From Cytophagales bacterium (GTDB taxonomy: Bacteria > Bacteroidota > Bacteroidia > Cytophagales > Microscillaceae): a DNA stretch of 50,564 nt. Position 1 is the first letter of the stretch. Every line of letters starts with the position of its first letter. The stretch is from contig JAAFJG010000030.1 in assembly GCA_013298075.1 (NCBI GenBank), forward strand, positions 1 through 50,564. The letters are read 5' to 3'. The notes beneath the pieces were generated by a model that did not search any database, was not told the origin of the DNA, and saw only the letters and a list, made by a program, of their open reading frames with translations. Made by a program: the position numbers and the translations under genes. Positions 10,355-22,968 of the stretch are shown here, piece by piece.

Positions 10355-11344
10355 ATGAGCCAAATATTTAAAGATAGCTTTCAGCAAGCAACTTCACCAG
10401 AAATTCCTAATTTATTAGATATTTTAAATTCTTATTACGAAAAAATACCAGACCACCAAAAAGGAAGTTTTAATACTTTAAAAAATAGATTTTATAATCA
10501 ACCCAATAATTTCGAACTTGAAGAATGGAAAAGTCAGTTTTTAACGCTTATAAATGGTTTAAAATTTGAAATTAGCATGGAAAAGAAAAAAAAAGGAATG
10601 GAAAACCAAAAAAAAAGAATCAATGTAACTTTTGTTTTTAAAATTTTTATTAGTATTAGCTTTAGTTTTGCTTTTATTGGAGGAATTGCTTGGATTTTAA
10701 TTTATCCATCGTGTAAAAAAATTACAGTAACTTTTAAAATACATGATAAAAAGACAGATTCTATTTGTAAGCAAGGTGTCAAATTAATATTGAAAGAACT
10801 TAAGAATGGAGATGGTGAACGAATTATTACTATTGGAACAGATGGTATATTAAATGTACCAGATATTGAATTAAAAGAATCTAAAAAATTTGAAATACAT
10901 TATTGGTTATCAGATTCTAAATCTATACTAATTAGCGCAGTAAATTTAAATGATGTTAATATAAATAATTGTTCCATAACAAGAGATGAATATGTAGATT
11001 TTCCAGATGTTTATTATAATAATGGCAAAAAAACTTCTAATGAAAAGAAACAAGAAGGAAATAATGCACCTACTTCTATAAATAAATCTGAAGAAAAACC
11101 TAAAGTCTTTAAGGAGGATACTAACCCATTTAGAAGTATTATCATAACAACAAAAAATGGCAATGAAACTAATTACATTTTTCAAGTAAATGGCGAAGAT
11201 ATTAGTCGTTTTGATGCTAGTAGTGGAATAAAAAGTTGTACTTTAAAAATCGATACATCTGTAAAAAAAATAGTATGCATTGGTGGTAACGGTAAACAAG
11301 ACACTATAAAATTGGGAAAAGAAAACTCCTATTCTATCAATTAA
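10355..11344 (+). CDS. Hypothetical membrane-anchored protein (N-in, single TM, ~210-aa extracytoplasmic domain); gene 1 of a four-gene operon of unknown function
   Basis: 329 aa. Residues ~88-115 are hydrophobic (VTFVFKIFISISFSFAFIGGIAWILIY) and are preceded by a Lys-rich stretch. No domain is recognisable. The coding DNA is extremely AT-rich. Confidence 0.55.
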   Translation: MSQIFKDSFQQATSPEIPNLLDILNSYYEKIPDHQKGSFNTLKNRFYNQPNNFELEEWKSQFLTLINGLKFEISMEKKKKGMENQKKRINVTFVFKIFISISFSFAFIGGIAWILIYPSCKKITVTFKIHDKKTDSICKQGVKLILKELKNGDGERIITIGTDGILNVPDIELKESKKFEIHYWLSDSKSILISAVNLNDVNINNCSITRDEYVDFPDVYYNNGKKTSNEKKQEGNNAPTSINKSEEKPKVFKEDTNPFRSIIITTKNGNETNYIFQVNGEDISRFDASSGIKSCTLKIDTSVKKIVCIGGNGKQDTIKLGKENSYSIN

Positions 11345-11365
11345 ATATAGAAATGAATTAAAACT

Positions 11366-12196
11366 ATGAAACTATACATTATTTTTTCGGTGATAATATT
11401 TTTTTTAATACAAAATAAAGTATTTACACAATGTAATGGTATCATCTATATAGTCGAGGGGGTTGATATAAGTATAAGTGATATGAATGCTGAACAACGC
11501 TTGATATTTAGTCAGATGAAAAAGAGTTGGTATAGTAGAGCATCTGCTAAATTGACAAAACTTGGTTTTACTACTGAAAGACAAATTAATGAACCTGTTA
11601 AGAAATATCCTTATTTGAAACTTGAAATTTCTGGTGACGTATCAAGCGTGATAGTTAGTTTAGTATATTTTAGCAAAGCAGGTCTTGGTGGAACAACATA
11701 TGCAGTACCAAAAGAAGGAGGAGGATCTATTAGTCTTTTAAAACTTAGTATTACAGAACAATTATTAGAAAATCTGATACAAGAATGGTATGACTTTAAT
11801 TGTAAAAAAAATCAAAATTGTGATTGTAAAGATGAAGGGTACAAATATTATGTTGAAAATTGGCGTTTTTATCAAAAATATTCAAATAAATGTTTTCCAT
11901 TACTTGATGATAAAGAACAAAAATTATTATATGCGATAAAACAAAGTAAGATAAGTCGAAGATGTAACACAGGGGAAGATTATTATATAATAAACTATCC
12001 TTTCTTTGAGTCTTTTTTTGATATTATTCATAAAATATCTAGGTATAAAAAATTTACTAAGACACAAAAAGAGGATTGTTTAAATAAAATAGATACAGCT
12101 ATATTAGGCTGTGGAGATGAAAAAGTTTTTAAAGAACTCAAAACAGATAAAACTATTTTATCAGATATTATCAAAAAGTGTATAAAAAATAAATAA
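11366..12196 (+). CDS. Hypothetical exported protein (signal peptide; Cys-rich C-terminal half); operon gene 2
   Basis: 276 aa with an N-terminal signal peptide 'MKLYIIFSVIIFFLIQNKVFTQC' and multiple Cys residues (NCKKNQNCDCKDEGY). No recognisable domain. Confidence 0.55.
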   Translation: MKLYIIFSVIIFFLIQNKVFTQCNGIIYIVEGVDISISDMNAEQRLIFSQMKKSWYSRASAKLTKLGFTTERQINEPVKKYPYLKLEISGDVSSVIVSLVYFSKAGLGGTTYAVPKEGGGSISLLKLSITEQLLENLIQEWYDFNCKKNQNCDCKDEGYKYYVENWRFYQKYSNKCFPLLDDKEQKLLYAIKQSKISRRCNTGEDYYIINYPFFESFFDIIHKISRYKKFTKTQKEDCLNKIDTAILGCGDEKVFKELKTDKTILSDIIKKCIKNK

Positions 12197-12197
12197 T

Positions 12198-13994
12198 ATG
12201 AACAAATATATTTACTCTTTTTTAATTTTATTTTATTTTCAGAATGTTGGTTTATTTGCTCAAATTGCTAGTAAATTGGAAAAAATAACTGAAGATGGCT
12301 TTGAAAAATGCCTACAAGGAACTATCTTTAATTGTAAAGATATATTCTATACAAATTTATCTGGAACATTTGAAGAAAAAATATTAATACTAAAAAATAT
12401 CATACCATTGGCAGGTATTTCAGCAGATCCTAATAGTATGAATAAAAAAGCAAGTAATTTAAAAAGCCAAATACTTGAAAGCGATAAACATCCTATACTT
12501 TTTTTTGATTCTTTTGCATTATATCTCAAAGTTAAATTTGAAAGAATGGAAACAGATAATAAAAATAATAAAAATAGTAAATATTTATCATACGACAGTA
12601 CTTTAAAAGAAACTGCTTTATATGGAGTTTATGTTGCAAGAATTGGATTAGCTATTTTAAACGAATATCATAATAATAGAATACCATTTACTAAAGCACC
12701 AGATTTTAGACAAATTAAAGAAATATCTAATATAAAGGAAAATAAAAAGTATAAAGGAAAAGTAAATAATTGTGAGAACTGTGGAATTACATCTTTAAAA
12801 TTACCTGATAATTTAGCTGCTCTTGATTCTTTTTTTGTAATCAAAATAGAGCAATATCAAAAAGAAATTGAAAAGGAAATTAAAGATACAGAGAAATTTC
12901 AAAAAGAAATAAACGAACAAATCATTTCTTTGAATAATTTGATAGAAAAAACAAAATCTTTAAAAAAAAGACATCCTAGTTTTAAAGCTGTAGATATTAA
13001 ACGCTATGAAAATACAAAACTTTGGGAATCTCGTACTATGAGTTCAAAAGGATTTGAGGAATCTTATTACCCTGTTTTTAATTTTTCACCAAATAATAGG
13101 TGTGATGCTAGGACAAAAGAGTTAGTAAAACCTATAAGTGATACTATTTTAAAGGTAGCTAACAGTTATGAACAAAATATAACAAATATACTCGAAAAAC
13201 TCAATGCAATTGATACCCTTGTACAAGGTACTCCAATAGAATTATTTAATAAACTAGACTCACAAGACACGCTGACATTAAAAAAATATAAGGAGGGAGA
13301 GTTTAAAGTAATAAGAGAATCTTTAACTGAGAGTAGAAAACTCCAAGAAATAAATGTAAGAATAAAAGGAAAAGCAGATGGTAATGGATATAATAGTTGT
13401 ATCAGTAATATTTGTCCAGATTTAAGAAAATTTAAAACTATTGTTTTTGAACAATATTCAGCAGGTTATTGGGGTAGTACAAGTCCCATTAGTGTATTTC
13501 AACAAAAAAATAATTCACAAGAATCTAAAGTAAATTTAAAATTCTATGATGAAAGTTCATATTTGGGCGATCATTGTCAAAATAAGGATAAAAATAAAAT
13601 ATTAGTAAAGGGTAGAAATATTACAAATCTACAACTTGCTTTTTTACGAGCTATTTGCGCGGGAGAGTATATGTATGATAGTTTTTTAATGTCTAATACT
13701 TTGACGATGATTAGCAAAAAAATACTAATCGAATATCAAGCATATGAATATCAACAACAACTTTCTGATAAAGATAGAGGTTTTGATATAGCGATAAATT
13801 ATAAAACGCATAATTTCGCTTTGGATGAAGTAATGAAAGATTTGGATCGAATAAAAAATATTTTAGTAACTTTAACTGAGAAAGATATTAAAGATTATTT
13901 AAAATATCTAGAAAAAGTTCGTAGCCAATTGGTAATAAAAGATTTTACAAAACTTACCGAATTATTCATACAAAAAATAAAAATAAAAAAATGA
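12198..13994 (+). CDS. Hypothetical exported protein with a central coiled-coil-like region; operon gene 3
   Basis: 598 aa with a signal peptide ending 'FAQ'. Its start is 1 nt after the gene-2 stop. It has a Lys/Glu-rich heptad-like segment (KEIEKEIKDTEKFQKEINEQIISLNNLIEKTKSLKK). Confidence 0.55.
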   Translation: MNKYIYSFLILFYFQNVGLFAQIASKLEKITEDGFEKCLQGTIFNCKDIFYTNLSGTFEEKILILKNIIPLAGISADPNSMNKKASNLKSQILESDKHPILFFDSFALYLKVKFERMETDNKNNKNSKYLSYDSTLKETALYGVYVARIGLAILNEYHNNRIPFTKAPDFRQIKEISNIKENKKYKGKVNNCENCGITSLKLPDNLAALDSFFVIKIEQYQKEIEKEIKDTEKFQKEINEQIISLNNLIEKTKSLKKRHPSFKAVDIKRYENTKLWESRTMSSKGFEESYYPVFNFSPNNRCDARTKELVKPISDTILKVANSYEQNITNILEKLNAIDTLVQGTPIELFNKLDSQDTLTLKKYKEGEFKVIRESLTESRKLQEINVRIKGKADGNGYNSCISNICPDLRKFKTIVFEQYSAGYWGSTSPISVFQQKNNSQESKVNLKFYDESSYLGDHCQNKDKNKILVKGRNITNLQLAFLRAICAGEYMYDSFLMSNTLTMISKKILIEYQAYEYQQQLSDKDRGFDIAINYKTHNFALDEVMKDLDRIKNILVTLTEKDIKDYLKYLEKVRSQLVIKDFTKLTELFIQKIKIKK

Positions 13995-14839
13995 AAGCAT
14001 TATATTTATTATTTTTTTCGTTATTTGTTTATCAAAATATTAATGCACAACAGATTAAGATTGATACAATAACATTTGAATCATCTTCCTCTCAAATAAA
14101 AATACATATAAAACCTCTTGAATCATTAGCAAATAGAGGACATGACTTGTTGGTTTTTTATAAATTTGAGAATAATAAAAATACACAACTAAATCCTTCT
14201 ATTATTTTTGAGAATACTCGTGAGATATACTCAATTGACTTAAAATTAGATACAACTAAATATAATTTTTTTAGCTTACAATCTTTTGAAGGAATATCTA
14301 GTTTAAGAAATGCAGGTAGTGCTATAAATTTTAGTATATGGACGACTGGAAACCAAAAACAAAACGAAATTAAATTAAATCATAAAAATATGGTTTATAT
14401 AAAAATAATTTATTCTCCAATTGACTGTATAAATTCATTATCTTTTGAATCTTTTGAAAAACATAAAGTAAGAGATACTTTAATAAAACTTGAAATTTAT
14501 TTTAAAGTTGAGAAAAGTAGCACTCAAACAAATAATACTGCTCGTTTTAAGATAATATATAAAAAAGGAATTGAAAAATTATATACAGAGGATATTATCA
14601 AGCGAGTCAATGCTACAACCCCTGTTTTGGTGTATAGTAAAAATATCCATCCTGATAGTATATATGACATTAACGTTTATTTAAAATGTCTAGATTTTCC
14701 AAGCGGGTATGAGAGTATGCAAATTTATAGTATTTATAAAAAAGGTGCTACTAATATAGCATCACTTCGACGGTCAATTAGAATTAAAAAGAAGAGTCCT
14801 AACTGTATTAATTTTGTTTTAAGAAAAAAGAATAAATAG
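13991..14839 (+). CDS. Hypothetical exported protein; operon gene 4
   Basis: 282 aa with a signal peptide 'MKALYLLFFSLFVYQNINAQ'. Its ATG overlaps the gene-3 stop (ATGA), which implies translational coupling. Confidence 0.55.
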   Translation: MKALYLLFFSLFVYQNINAQQIKIDTITFESSSSQIKIHIKPLESLANRGHDLLVFYKFENNKNTQLNPSIIFENTREIYSIDLKLDTTKYNFFSLQSFEGISSLRNAGSAINFSIWTTGNQKQNEIKLNHKNMVYIKIIYSPIDCINSLSFESFEKHKVRDTLIKLEIYFKVEKSSTQTNNTARFKIIYKKGIEKLYTEDIIKRVNATTPVLVYSKNIHPDSIYDINVYLKCLDFPSGYESMQIYSIYKKGATNIASLRRSIRIKKKSPNCINFVLRKKNK

Positions 14840-15031
14840 CCTCCTAAATTGATTAAAAAATTATTTTGTATTTGATATATTTTTTATCAAAAACATACTA
14901 AATCCCTATAAAAACTCTAAAAACAACTTCTCAATTCCCCTCTCCTATTTCAAAAAAAAATCACTATTTTCATAAAAAAAAGTGATTTTTTTTTGCTTAT
15001 TTCGTATTTTTTGACTAATTTTACACTTTAA

Positions 15032-17659
<2,628 letters not shown>

Positions 17660-17675
17660 TATATTTCACAAAAAA

Positions 17676-17707
17676 AACCCTCTACAATCAAATAGAGGGT
17701 TTTTCTT
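17676..17707 (+). terminator. Rho-independent terminator after gyrB (aaccctcta...tagagggtt + T-run)
   Basis: Perfect 9-bp inverted repeat followed by TTTTCTTATTTTTT, 17 nt after the gyrB stop. Confidence 0.65.
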
Positions 17708-17748
17708 ATTTTTTATTAAATCAGTTAATCCAAAAAGAGTAAAATAAT

Positions 17749-19113
17749 ATGAAAAATTTATTGGTTATTTTTTTGTTTTTTGCGTGTATATACATCACAA
17801 ACGCACAAAACAAACCCGAAAATTTAGTACTTAATCCAAGTTTTGAAGAATTAACTTCTTGCGATATTTACCTTGATGATTTTAAAAAGGTAAAATATTG
17901 GGAAGGTTTTTCTTTTACACCTGATATTTTTAGTACTTGTTCAGAAAGTCAATATTTCAAAACGCCTAAAAATATTTTTGACACACAAAATCCCGCTTCT
18001 GGTAACAATTATGCAGGTTTTTTGACATATCACAGAGATTATCCCGTAGAATTGATAGGACAAAAACTAACAAAACCTATCCAAAAAGGTGATAAAATTA
18101 GTGTAAGTTTCAAAGTCAGTCGGGCTGTTTCGCATAGCAATACTGCTACTAATAATATCGGTTTATTGTTTACCAATCAACCTAACAAAGCATTAAAATC
18201 AAAAAAAGTACACGTCAATCAAACCGAAATATTAACAGAAGGCGAAGTTTGGCACGAAATAAAAGGCATTATTGAGGCAGATAGTACTTACGAATATTTT
18301 GTGATTGGTAACTTTTTTTCGAAAGAAGATACACGAAAACAAAAGATGAATAGTGGAACTTTTGAATCTGCTTATTATTTTGTTGATGATGTAAATATTA
18401 GCGTTTATAAAGGTGAAATGCCAATTAGTCAAAATCTAAAAAATAACGAGAAAAAAGAAGAAGTAAAAATTATTACCAATCCTTTGGAAGAAGCGAAAAA
18501 ATTAGATATGCAAAAAGTAGCCATTGCAGGAAAAGTTTTTGATGCCAATACAAGAGAGCCTTTGGTGGCAATCGTGGAGTTTTTTGTGCCAGAAACTCCC
18601 GATAAACAACAATATGAAACTGATGATGTAACAGGACAATATGCTTTTGCAGGGATTTTTTGTCCCGAAAAGTTTGGTTTACGCATTACTGCACGCAATT
18701 ATTATCCAATGTTGGAGGTTTTATATAGACAAGGAGAACCACGTTATGCGCGTGATTTTTATTTGATGCCTTTGAAAACAAGACAAAATATTGAACTTCG
18801 ACATGTAGAATTTTTGAGTAATGAAGACGAATTGACTCCTAATTCTTTTGAGGAATTAAATCGTTTGATTGAAGTTTTGAGAGAACATCCAACGATGAAA
18901 ATAGAATTGGGTGGTTATACCGATGACCAATCTAACTTAGCATTGGCACAAAAAAGGGCTTTATCTATCAAAAAATATTTGATAAAATTTGGGCAAATTA
19001 ACGAAAAAAGAATGATTACAAGGTCTTATCATTCTTTACCTGCTCAAAATACGGGCGCACTTTCAGGCGAAAAAGAAAAACACGAAAGAGTTATGTTCAA
19101 AATTTTGAACTAA
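17749..19113 (+). CDS. OmpA-family exported protein (N-terminal signal peptide, CarboxypepD_reg-like segment, C-terminal OmpA/MotB peptidoglycan-binding domain)
   Basis: Signal peptide 'MKNLLVIFLFFACIYITNAQ'. The C-terminal 'MKIELGGYTDDQSNLALAQKRALSIKKYL' matches the OmpA_C consensus (IxGHTDxxG...N..LSxxRA..V..YL). Confidence 0.7.
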   Translation: MKNLLVIFLFFACIYITNAQNKPENLVLNPSFEELTSCDIYLDDFKKVKYWEGFSFTPDIFSTCSESQYFKTPKNIFDTQNPASGNNYAGFLTYHRDYPVELIGQKLTKPIQKGDKISVSFKVSRAVSHSNTATNNIGLLFTNQPNKALKSKKVHVNQTEILTEGEVWHEIKGIIEADSTYEYFVIGNFFSKEDTRKQKMNSGTFESAYYFVDDVNISVYKGEMPISQNLKNNEKKEEVKIITNPLEEAKKLDMQKVAIAGKVFDANTREPLVAIVEFFVPETPDKQQYETDDVTGQYAFAGIFCPEKFGLRITARNYYPMLEVLYRQGEPRYARDFYLMPLKTRQNIELRHVEFLSNEDELTPNSFEELNRLIEVLREHPTMKIELGGYTDDQSNLALAQKRALSIKKYLIKFGQINEKRMITRSYHSLPAQNTGALSGEKEKHERVMFKILN

Positions 19114-19182
19114 TATAATCGTAAAAAAACTATAAAAATACTTATTTTCACAATAATAAAATTGTTTTAAAAAAATATCAAT

Positions 19183-22149
19183 TTGAACAAAAAAATGTTT
19201 TATTTTCTAAAAATTTCACTCTTTGTATTGCTATCTTCGTTGTCTTATACAGATAAAAATACTAAAAATATATCGTTACAAAAAAATAAAAATCCATATA
19301 TTCAACAAATAAAAAATGAAGATATTGATAAAAAAGTGGATAGTTTGTATCAAAAACTTACACTACGCCAAAAAATAGGACAACTATTTATGGTCAGGGC
19401 TTATAGTAATGATAAAACAGAAAAAAACAAAGAAATACTATCATTGATTAGAAAATATAATATTGGCGGTATTTGTTTTTTTCAAGGAAGTCCAACAAGA
19501 CAAGTAAAACTAAGCAATGAATTTCAAAAAAATTCTAAAATCCCGCTTTTAATGGCTATTGATGGCGAATGGGGCTTGGGAATGAGGTTGGATAGTACGT
19601 TGAGTTATCCACGTGCTATGACTTTGGGAGCTATCAAAGACGATAATTTAATCGTAAAAATGGGCGAACAAATCGCAGAACAATGCCAAAAAATAGGAAT
19701 ACATATCAATTTTGCTCCTGTGGCTGATGTCAATAATAATGCTGAAAATCCTGTGATTGCTGATAGAAGTTTTGGAGAAATGACTGAATTAGTCAATCAA
19801 AAATCATTGGCTTATATGAAAGGAATGCAAAATAAAGGCTTGATTACGACTGCAAAACATTTTCCGGGGCATGGAGATACAGACACAGACTCACACGAAT
19901 TGTTGCCAACTATCAAAAAAACGAATGAAAATTTAGAAAATATAGAACTAAAACCATTTAAAAATTTAATCGATAATCAAATAAAAGGTGTGATGGTTGC
20001 TCACCTCAAAATTCCTGCTTGGGATGATTCTTTGCCTACGAGTTTATCTAAAAAAATAATTACTGATATTTTACAAACCAAATTAAATTTTCAAGGATTA
20101 GTTTTTACTGATGCGTTAGAAATGGGAGGAATTGCAGGATATTTTCCTGATGGAATGTTAGAAATGAAGGCTTTGGAGGCGGGAGTTGATGTATTATTGA
20201 TTGCGGCAGATGTTCCAAAATCAATAGAATATTTGGAAAATGAATACAAAAAAGGCAATTTGAAAGAAGAATTTTTGGCAAAAAAAGTAAAAAAAATATT
20301 GAAAGCAAAGTTTGAAGTCAATTTATTTAACACCAAAAAAATAGAAAAATTCAATACAAAATCTTTGCATAAACCTGAATATTATGCGTTAATAGAAAAA
20401 TTATATCAGTCTTCGATTACTTTGGTTAAAAATGAAAATAATTTTTTACCTTTACAAACGCCTTTTCCTTATCCGATTGCTTCTTTGTCTTTTAATACGA
20501 AAGAAAAAACAACGTGGCAAAAAGAAATGGATTTGTATGGCAATGTAACCCATTTTCATATTCAAAAAAATAGTACTTTGGCAGAATATGATAGTCTTTT
20601 GGTGGCGTTAAAAGCCTTTCCATTGACAATTATTGGTGTCAATCAAATGAATAGAAAGCGAAAAGAAAATTATAATTTTGATATTTTTCAACGAAAATTT
20701 ATTGAAAAAATAAGTACGATTCGAAATACTTGTGTGATGGTTTTTGGTTCTCCTTATAGTCTTACTTTTGAGCAAAATTCTTCTGTAAAATCTGTGATTT
20801 GTGCCTACGAAGAAAATATTTATACACAAAGAGCGGCTATTCAAAGTGTGTTTGGCGGCTTAGAAACTACTGGAAAATTACCTATTTCTGTAGATGTTTT
20901 TCCGCAAGGAATTGGTTTGTCATTACCCAAAACAAACAATATTTTTGGCTCAGGTTTTCCTTCTTCTGCTGAAATTAGTGTGGATAGTTTAGCGAAAATT
21001 GATGTTTTGATGGGCAAAGCATTGAAAGAAAAGCTATTTTCGGGTGGACAAATCGTTATTATTCATAAAAATAAACTAATTTTTGAAAAAAACTATGGAA
21101 AAACGGCTTTCAAAAAACAATTTAATCCTCAACCTATCACAGAAAATCATTTGTTTGATATTGCTTCTTTGACAAAAGTTTTGGGAACATTGCCTGCGGT
21201 GATGTATTTGTATGAACAAGGAAAATTAAATTTAGAAGAAAAAGTTTCTTTTTATTTGGAAGAATTAAAAAATACAAACAAAAATGATATTACTATCAAA
21301 GAATTATTAACGCATCAAAGTGGTTTAGAGCCTTTTCAACCGCATTATTTGAAAACATTATTGAATAAAAAACCTAATCCAATTTGGTATCAAACTCAAA
21401 AAAGTAGTCAATTTTCTTTACCGATTGCAGATAATCTATTTGGAAGAAATGATTTAAAAGATAGTTTGTGGACTTGGAGTGTGACGTGCAAACGTAAGCC
21501 AAGAAATGAAAATGGATTGCATAAGTACGATTATAGCGATATTAATTTTTATTTTTTGAAGAAAATTTGTGATAAATTATTAGAAAAACCTACGGAAATT
21601 TTTGTCAATGAATATTTATATCAACCACTTGGATTACAAAAAACAACTTTTAATCCCTTAGAAAAATTTAAAAAAGATATGATTGCTCCCACAGAAACTG
21701 ATACTTATTTTCGTATGCAAACGATTAGAGGTTACGTACACGACCAAGGAGCGGCTATGCATGGAGGTGTAGCGGGACATGCGGGACTTTTTAGTACGGC
21801 AAAAGAAGTGGCGATGTTAATGCAACTTTTTTTACAGAATGGACAAATAGGAAATCGAGTTTTTTTTCAGCCTGAAACGATACAAATGTTTATAAAACCT
21901 CACTTTGAAGGTAATAGGCGTGGTTTGGGTTGGGATAGAAAAGATAAAGTGAATATTGGTTATATTCCTAATAATGCTTCTGAAGTATCTTTTGGACATT
22001 CAGGTTTTACGGGTTGTGTGGCGTGGGCAGATATGAAAAAAGAGTTAGTTTTTGTATTTTTATCTAATCGCGTGCATACAGAAGTACGTAAAGAGGATAA
22101 ATTTGTGAAAGAACATCTTAGACGAAAGCTAATGAATTTAGTTTTTTAA
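19183..22149 (+). CDS. Bifunctional-architecture protein: glycoside hydrolase family 3 (NagZ-like beta-N-acetylhexosaminidase) N-domain fused to a class-C beta-lactamase/PBP-like serine hydrolase C-domain
   Basis: The N-terminal half has GH3 blocks (KIGQLFMV, MAIDGEWGLGMRL, KHFPGHGDTDTDSH, DALEMGG). The C-terminal half carries the SxxK active-site motif 'FDIASLTKVLGT' and the YxN-like/HxG regions of beta-lactamase-fold esterases. There is also an N-terminal signal peptide. Confidence 0.8.
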   Translation: MNKKMFYFLKISLFVLLSSLSYTDKNTKNISLQKNKNPYIQQIKNEDIDKKVDSLYQKLTLRQKIGQLFMVRAYSNDKTEKNKEILSLIRKYNIGGICFFQGSPTRQVKLSNEFQKNSKIPLLMAIDGEWGLGMRLDSTLSYPRAMTLGAIKDDNLIVKMGEQIAEQCQKIGIHINFAPVADVNNNAENPVIADRSFGEMTELVNQKSLAYMKGMQNKGLITTAKHFPGHGDTDTDSHELLPTIKKTNENLENIELKPFKNLIDNQIKGVMVAHLKIPAWDDSLPTSLSKKIITDILQTKLNFQGLVFTDALEMGGIAGYFPDGMLEMKALEAGVDVLLIAADVPKSIEYLENEYKKGNLKEEFLAKKVKKILKAKFEVNLFNTKKIEKFNTKSLHKPEYYALIEKLYQSSITLVKNENNFLPLQTPFPYPIASLSFNTKEKTTWQKEMDLYGNVTHFHIQKNSTLAEYDSLLVALKAFPLTIIGVNQMNRKRKENYNFDIFQRKFIEKISTIRNTCVMVFGSPYSLTFEQNSSVKSVICAYEENIYTQRAAIQSVFGGLETTGKLPISVDVFPQGIGLSLPKTNNIFGSGFPSSAEISVDSLAKIDVLMGKALKEKLFSGGQIVIIHKNKLIFEKNYGKTAFKKQFNPQPITENHLFDIASLTKVLGTLPAVMYLYEQGKLNLEEKVSFYLEELKNTNKNDITIKELLTHQSGLEPFQPHYLKTLLNKKPNPIWYQTQKSSQFSLPIADNLFGRNDLKDSLWTWSVTCKRKPRNENGLHKYDYSDINFYFLKKICDKLLEKPTEIFVNEYLYQPLGLQKTTFNPLEKFKKDMIAPTETDTYFRMQTIRGYVHDQGAAMHGGVAGHAGLFSTAKEVAMLMQLFLQNGQIGNRVFFQPETIQMFIKPHFEGNRRGLGWDRKDKVNIGYIPNNASEVSFGHSGFTGCVAWADMKKELVFVFLSNRVHTEVRKEDKFVKEHLRRKLMNLVF

Positions 22150-22437
22150 TAGTAAAAATATTGATAAGAAATAAGATGAATATTTTTATGATACTTTTAT
22201 TTCTTATAAAAATATACTTATAATAAAATTAAAAATAGCGTTACTATATTACATCATTTTTTGAATAATAGTTATCAAGATAAAATCCGTATTAATTCGC
22301 CTATTCAAATTAGAATTTTTATAAAGTTTTAGATGGACGTTATTTTTGTAGTAAAATACAAAAATAAAATCCTAAGCTCTAACGAGATAACATCTAAAAA
22401 GTAAGATACTACACATATTGGGCTTAGGAAAATATTT

Positions 22438-22536
22438 TATTATGAGGGAGCATCTAAAAAATAAACTACCCACTCAAAAAAACTTATTTTTAGTTCCCTC
22501 ACCGCTGGGGAGGGTTAGGGCAGTGTTGTTAAATTC
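22438..22536 (-). repeat. Copy A (inverted, diverged) of an 85-100 bp interspersed hairpin element
   Basis: Its reverse complement reads 'gaatttaacaacactgccctaaccctccccagcggtgagggaact...', which aligns with copies B and C. Confidence 0.5.
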
Positions 22537-22666
22537 TTTTTTTTTAACAAATAAAATAGAAATTAACTTGTATAATATTCTGTAAAAAATCTATAATTTT
22601 TTGAAAATGTTATAGATTTGGCAAATTATATTTTGATTTGTAAAATAATTTACCTGACAAATATTA

Positions 22667-22750
22667 GAACTTAACAACACTGACCCCAGCCCTCCCCGAA
22701 GGTGAGGGAGTTTTTTTAGGTATATTATTTTTTATTTAGTCCCTTACTTG
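22667..22750 (+). repeat. Copy B of the interspersed hairpin element (gaacttaacaacactgaccccagccctccccgaaggtgagggag + T7 + tail)
   Basis: About 85% identical to copy C. It contains the ccctc/gaggg stem followed by TTTTTTT (terminator-like). Confidence 0.55.
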
Positions 22751-22762
22751 TTAAAAAAAAAG

Positions 22763-22843
22763 AATTTAACAACACTGCCACCCCAGCCCACCCCAAAGGT
22801 GAGGGAGTTTTTTTGGGTATAATATTTTCTACTTAGTCCCTGA
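22763..22843 (+). repeat. Copy C of the interspersed hairpin element, tandem with copy B
   Basis: Reads 'gaatttaacaacactgccaccccagcccaccccaaaggtgagggagtttttttgggtataatattttctacttagtccctgaa'. Confidence 0.55.
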
Positions 22844-22968
22844 ATACTATAAAGATATTACTGCCTCTCTGAGGCTTAATATATTATTTTTGTGAAAAAT
22901 AAAATTGCCACGAATTTAGGACAGCATCAATATCTTTGAAAAACTATTCTAGATTTATCATTTCAAAA

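Noticed and set aside
22537-22666. The spacer between inverted repeat copies A and B as a small protein-coding or transposase remnant
   Set aside because: There is no ORF and it is very AT-rich. It contains only a short 'ctataa...ttatag' palindrome. It is more likely the loop of a large inverted-repeat structure.
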